Positions 61,331 through 64,000 of a stretch of DNA of 64,000 nucleotides are shown here, one piece after another. Below the pieces are notes generated by a model. The model saw nothing but the letters and a program-made list of their open reading frames with translations. It ran no database searches and was not told the origin of the DNA. Made by a program: the position numbers and the translations under genes. This DNA is from Tubiluchus corallicola. Lineage: Eukaryota > Animalia > Priapulida. How positions within the stretch are numbered: position 1 is the stretch's first letter; every line of letters starts with the position of its first letter. The stretch lies in NCBI GenBank assembly GCA_030141605.1, contig JAQGDQ010000381.1, positions 159,711 to 223,710 on the forward strand. Reading direction: 5' to 3'.

Positions 61331-61463
61331 CCAGGGGCGTAGCCAGGGTTGGTGTCACCAGGGGCGTCGCTATGGTTGGTGTCACCAGGGGCGTCGCTAG
61401 GGTTGGTGTCACCAGGGGCGTCGCTAGGGTTGGTGTGTCACCAGGGGCGTAGCCAGGGTTGGC
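61331..61463. repeat. 27-bp tandem repeat of a hAT-MITE-like terminus (CAGGGGCGTAGCCAGG), 5 copies
   Basis: ccaggggcgt[a/c]gc[c/t]agggttggtgtca units. Confidence 0.8.
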
Positions 61464-62487
61464 TCTAGGTAAAAGTATATTTAACGCTCCCTCCTCAACG
61501 GTCAAACCCCCTTTTCTCACGGTCCCTACCACACCAATATTGAATTTTTCTTATATAGCATTGTAATAAAATATAATATATAAATACATTATAGTTATTA
61601 ATTAAGTTAATTAGATATCTACAGCCTGGGTTGATTGAGTTTGAAATTAAATTATCGTTGCTTGAATTTGAAATTAGATTCCTTTGTCACGTCCTGAAGA
61701 CTTCGATTCTTATTGGTTTATTTGCCATAGTTAGACAAAAGTTACTGTAAGAATATTGTAATATTGTAAGAACTTTTTTATTAACGGAAAGATCGTTCTG
61801 TAAGAACTGCGGGCAAAAGCGAAGTGACGCGTCAGTAATGTGTGCGTGACGTAATGTCAGAAATGACGTCATCTTAGCAAAGCAGATCAAGCCGTCTTAC
61901 ATTTTCACAGGAAAATAACAGAACTAATTCGTTTCATTTAATTAGTGTTGTGTACTTAATGAATTAATAATAATAATAATAATAATAGTTTTATTTATCT
62001 TGTAACACACGCACAGATATAATACATTTGGAAACAAAAATGTGAAGAAAGGGCAGCGAAAGACCAATTTGCCATCTAGTCAGCTGCCCTTTGGTTAGTG
62101 ATGAACATTCTTTATAGGCGCTATGCTACAGTGTATTAGTGTTAGTACTGCTTATAATAAAAGTTTAATTGTTACGAATGACATTAAATTGATATGCTTA
62201 TAACGTGTTAGTACAATTCATACACAGTAATAATAAGTGCATAATAAAAAAAATCAAACTGAAAATAACTGAAATAAGAACTGAAACAAGAACTGAAATA
62301 AAAATCTGACAACAGAATTACACGTACACTATGCTGTTACTTATCACAAACTTAAAATTTAGAAAATTACTTTCAGAATTGGCGCCCCCCCCACAAAAAA
62401 ATTTGGCGCCCCAGGCAGCTGCCTAGTTTGCCTAGTGGTACAGTCGGCCAGGTTCCTCAGTTAGGGGGGAGCAAGCACGTAAAAAAG

Positions 62488-62697
62488 GCGTGCCCATTGT
62501 ATCAACAAACTAGGGTTGTTATGTTTGATAAACTAAATGAAATGCTTCTGCCTGAAAACCTTAATATAGCTGCCTTAGGAACTAATGATCTGTTGAAGTT
62601 GTTATTGTTCGGAAAAGATGAATTTAACTATGTTGCTAACTGTGAAATATTCCAATGTATACATGACTTTATATTACGTACTAAACGCTTCCAGTAG
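62488..62697 (+). mobile_element. 3' remnant of a CR1-group LINE ORF2
   Basis: CPLY---R--MF...LLLFG...N-EIF--I-DFI--TKRF then stop, the typical CR1-like ORF2 C-terminus. Confidence 0.65.
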
Positions 62698-63628
62698 TTT
62701 CTATCTGATATGAAATGCATCATTCTTAAATAATCGTACATTAATATTTTCTAACCGTCATTTTCTACTAATGTCTAATGTAATCTTGTAGTAAAACTTG
62801 TCAGCTTGTGTAGTTATAGTCTATTTTTACTGTAAATGTTTTAGTAAATAGTGTATAAAGTCTGTTGTGGTGAGGATCCTAAATCATGTTGTTGACTGAA
62901 AAAAGCGTGGCATGAAGCAATTATATGTTTGTTTCTGCCACAAGAGACAGTACCAGCGTGTGACAAGAATATTTTGATGCTTGGTCAATCAGTGAGTCTT
63001 TATAACACCGCTGTGTCTACCACTAACGCATTACGAAAGGCTTATTGAAACATCTGCATTAAACCTACTTTTAAATAGAGGAACTAAATCATTTCGGTAT
63101 AGAATAGGCGAACAAAATACAGATTGCTGTCATTGTAATAATTCAACTCCTCAAACTCCAGAACGGATTATATTTGACTGTGATTTGGTAGACCACCAAT
63201 TTCGAATAAATTTCTGCCCTCAGCCAACATAAGCGAGATTTATCTAAATAGAGATAAAGATGTGTGCCAGGCATATGTAAATATTGTTAGAGATGTTGTG
63301 TGGAAAAAATTGCTATAAAGTAATTCAAATTGTATTTACAGAAAAACATGTACTGAGTTAATCGTTATATAAATTATAGTGTAAAATATGTATATATTTT
63401 AAATTTGTTCTTAATAGATGTTGTGAAAGTTAAAGTTGTGGTGTTAATGTATATATGTAAAAGGTATGTAAAAGTTAGAAAACTGAAACACTACTACTAG
63501 ACTTGAGTATGTATGTATGTACAAAATTGGCATTATGTATAATATTGTCATCGTAAATAGTTATATTTTGTAAACGAACCCCTGCAAATAGAGGGGAAAC
63601 AATGTATTCATTGCTTAATAAAAAGACT

Positions 63629-63709
<81 letters not shown>

Positions 63710-63710
63710 T
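63629..63710. repeat. (AAT)n microsatellite
   Basis: Seen directly. Confidence 0.98.
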
Positions 63711-64000
63711 CTCTTGAACAACCAGAAGTATTTCAGCCGCTGGACTGGCTAAACGTCCTTCCTCAAATAGCCAGGCAATATAGTAAGAAACTGCCAAGAA
63801 GCAGTGCTCAATCCATATACTGAGCAGGCTATTTATTGCTTAACTTGGCCATACACCTTCACCACTCGGCTGTTCGTTCTGTCATTGTAAATAGGCGACA
63901 TTAAATATATTTTTATTTTATTGATTCATATTTAATCAAACATAAAATACTTTCCACAGAAAGTAACAAGATTCATGTATTACAATGACTAACTGCCTGA
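63708..64000 (-). repeat. Inverted copy of 50198-50490, running off the window end
   Basis: Reverse-complement match over 293 bp with no mismatch seen, adjoining an (ATT)n tract at both loci. Confidence 0.95.

Noticed and set aside
61331-61463. Telomere-like TAGGGTT repeats
   Set aside because: The unit is 27 bp and starts with a typical hAT-MITE terminus; it is not (TTAGGG)n.

Overview
AT-rich metazoan genomic DNA, probably from a lophotrochozoan such as an annelid or mollusc (inferred from the 5S and 5-HT1 sequences and the repeat types). Four protein-coding genes were reconstructed by hand with GT-AG junctions and consistent phases. (1) The 3' part of CNOT11 (+, 7 exons, 902-11499). (2) A complete 12-exon ZXD-family (ZXDC-like) gene with ten C2H2 fingers (-, 38934-15477, about 801 aa), convergent with CNOT11. 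(3) An intronless COPS8 CDS (+, 41754-42326). (4) An intronless 5-HT1-type serotonin receptor (-, 58394-57150). The rest holds many pogo/Tc1-like and hAT-like MITEs (four with perfect 8-bp TSDs), LINE remnants, a 5S-headed SINE3 candidate and about 20 unrelated tandem arrays covering roughly a fifth of the window. The most unusual signal is that four arrays are amplifications of the genes' own splice junctions, giving ladders of decoy donors and acceptors; two CNOT11 decoy acceptors are in frame. Several other arrays trace to a single-copy segment in a sister MITE in the same window. A 293-bp inverted duplication with no mismatch seen, anchored on (ATT)n tracts, brackets the receptor locus. 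The long ORFs in the ORF track that lie in repeats are judged spurious.
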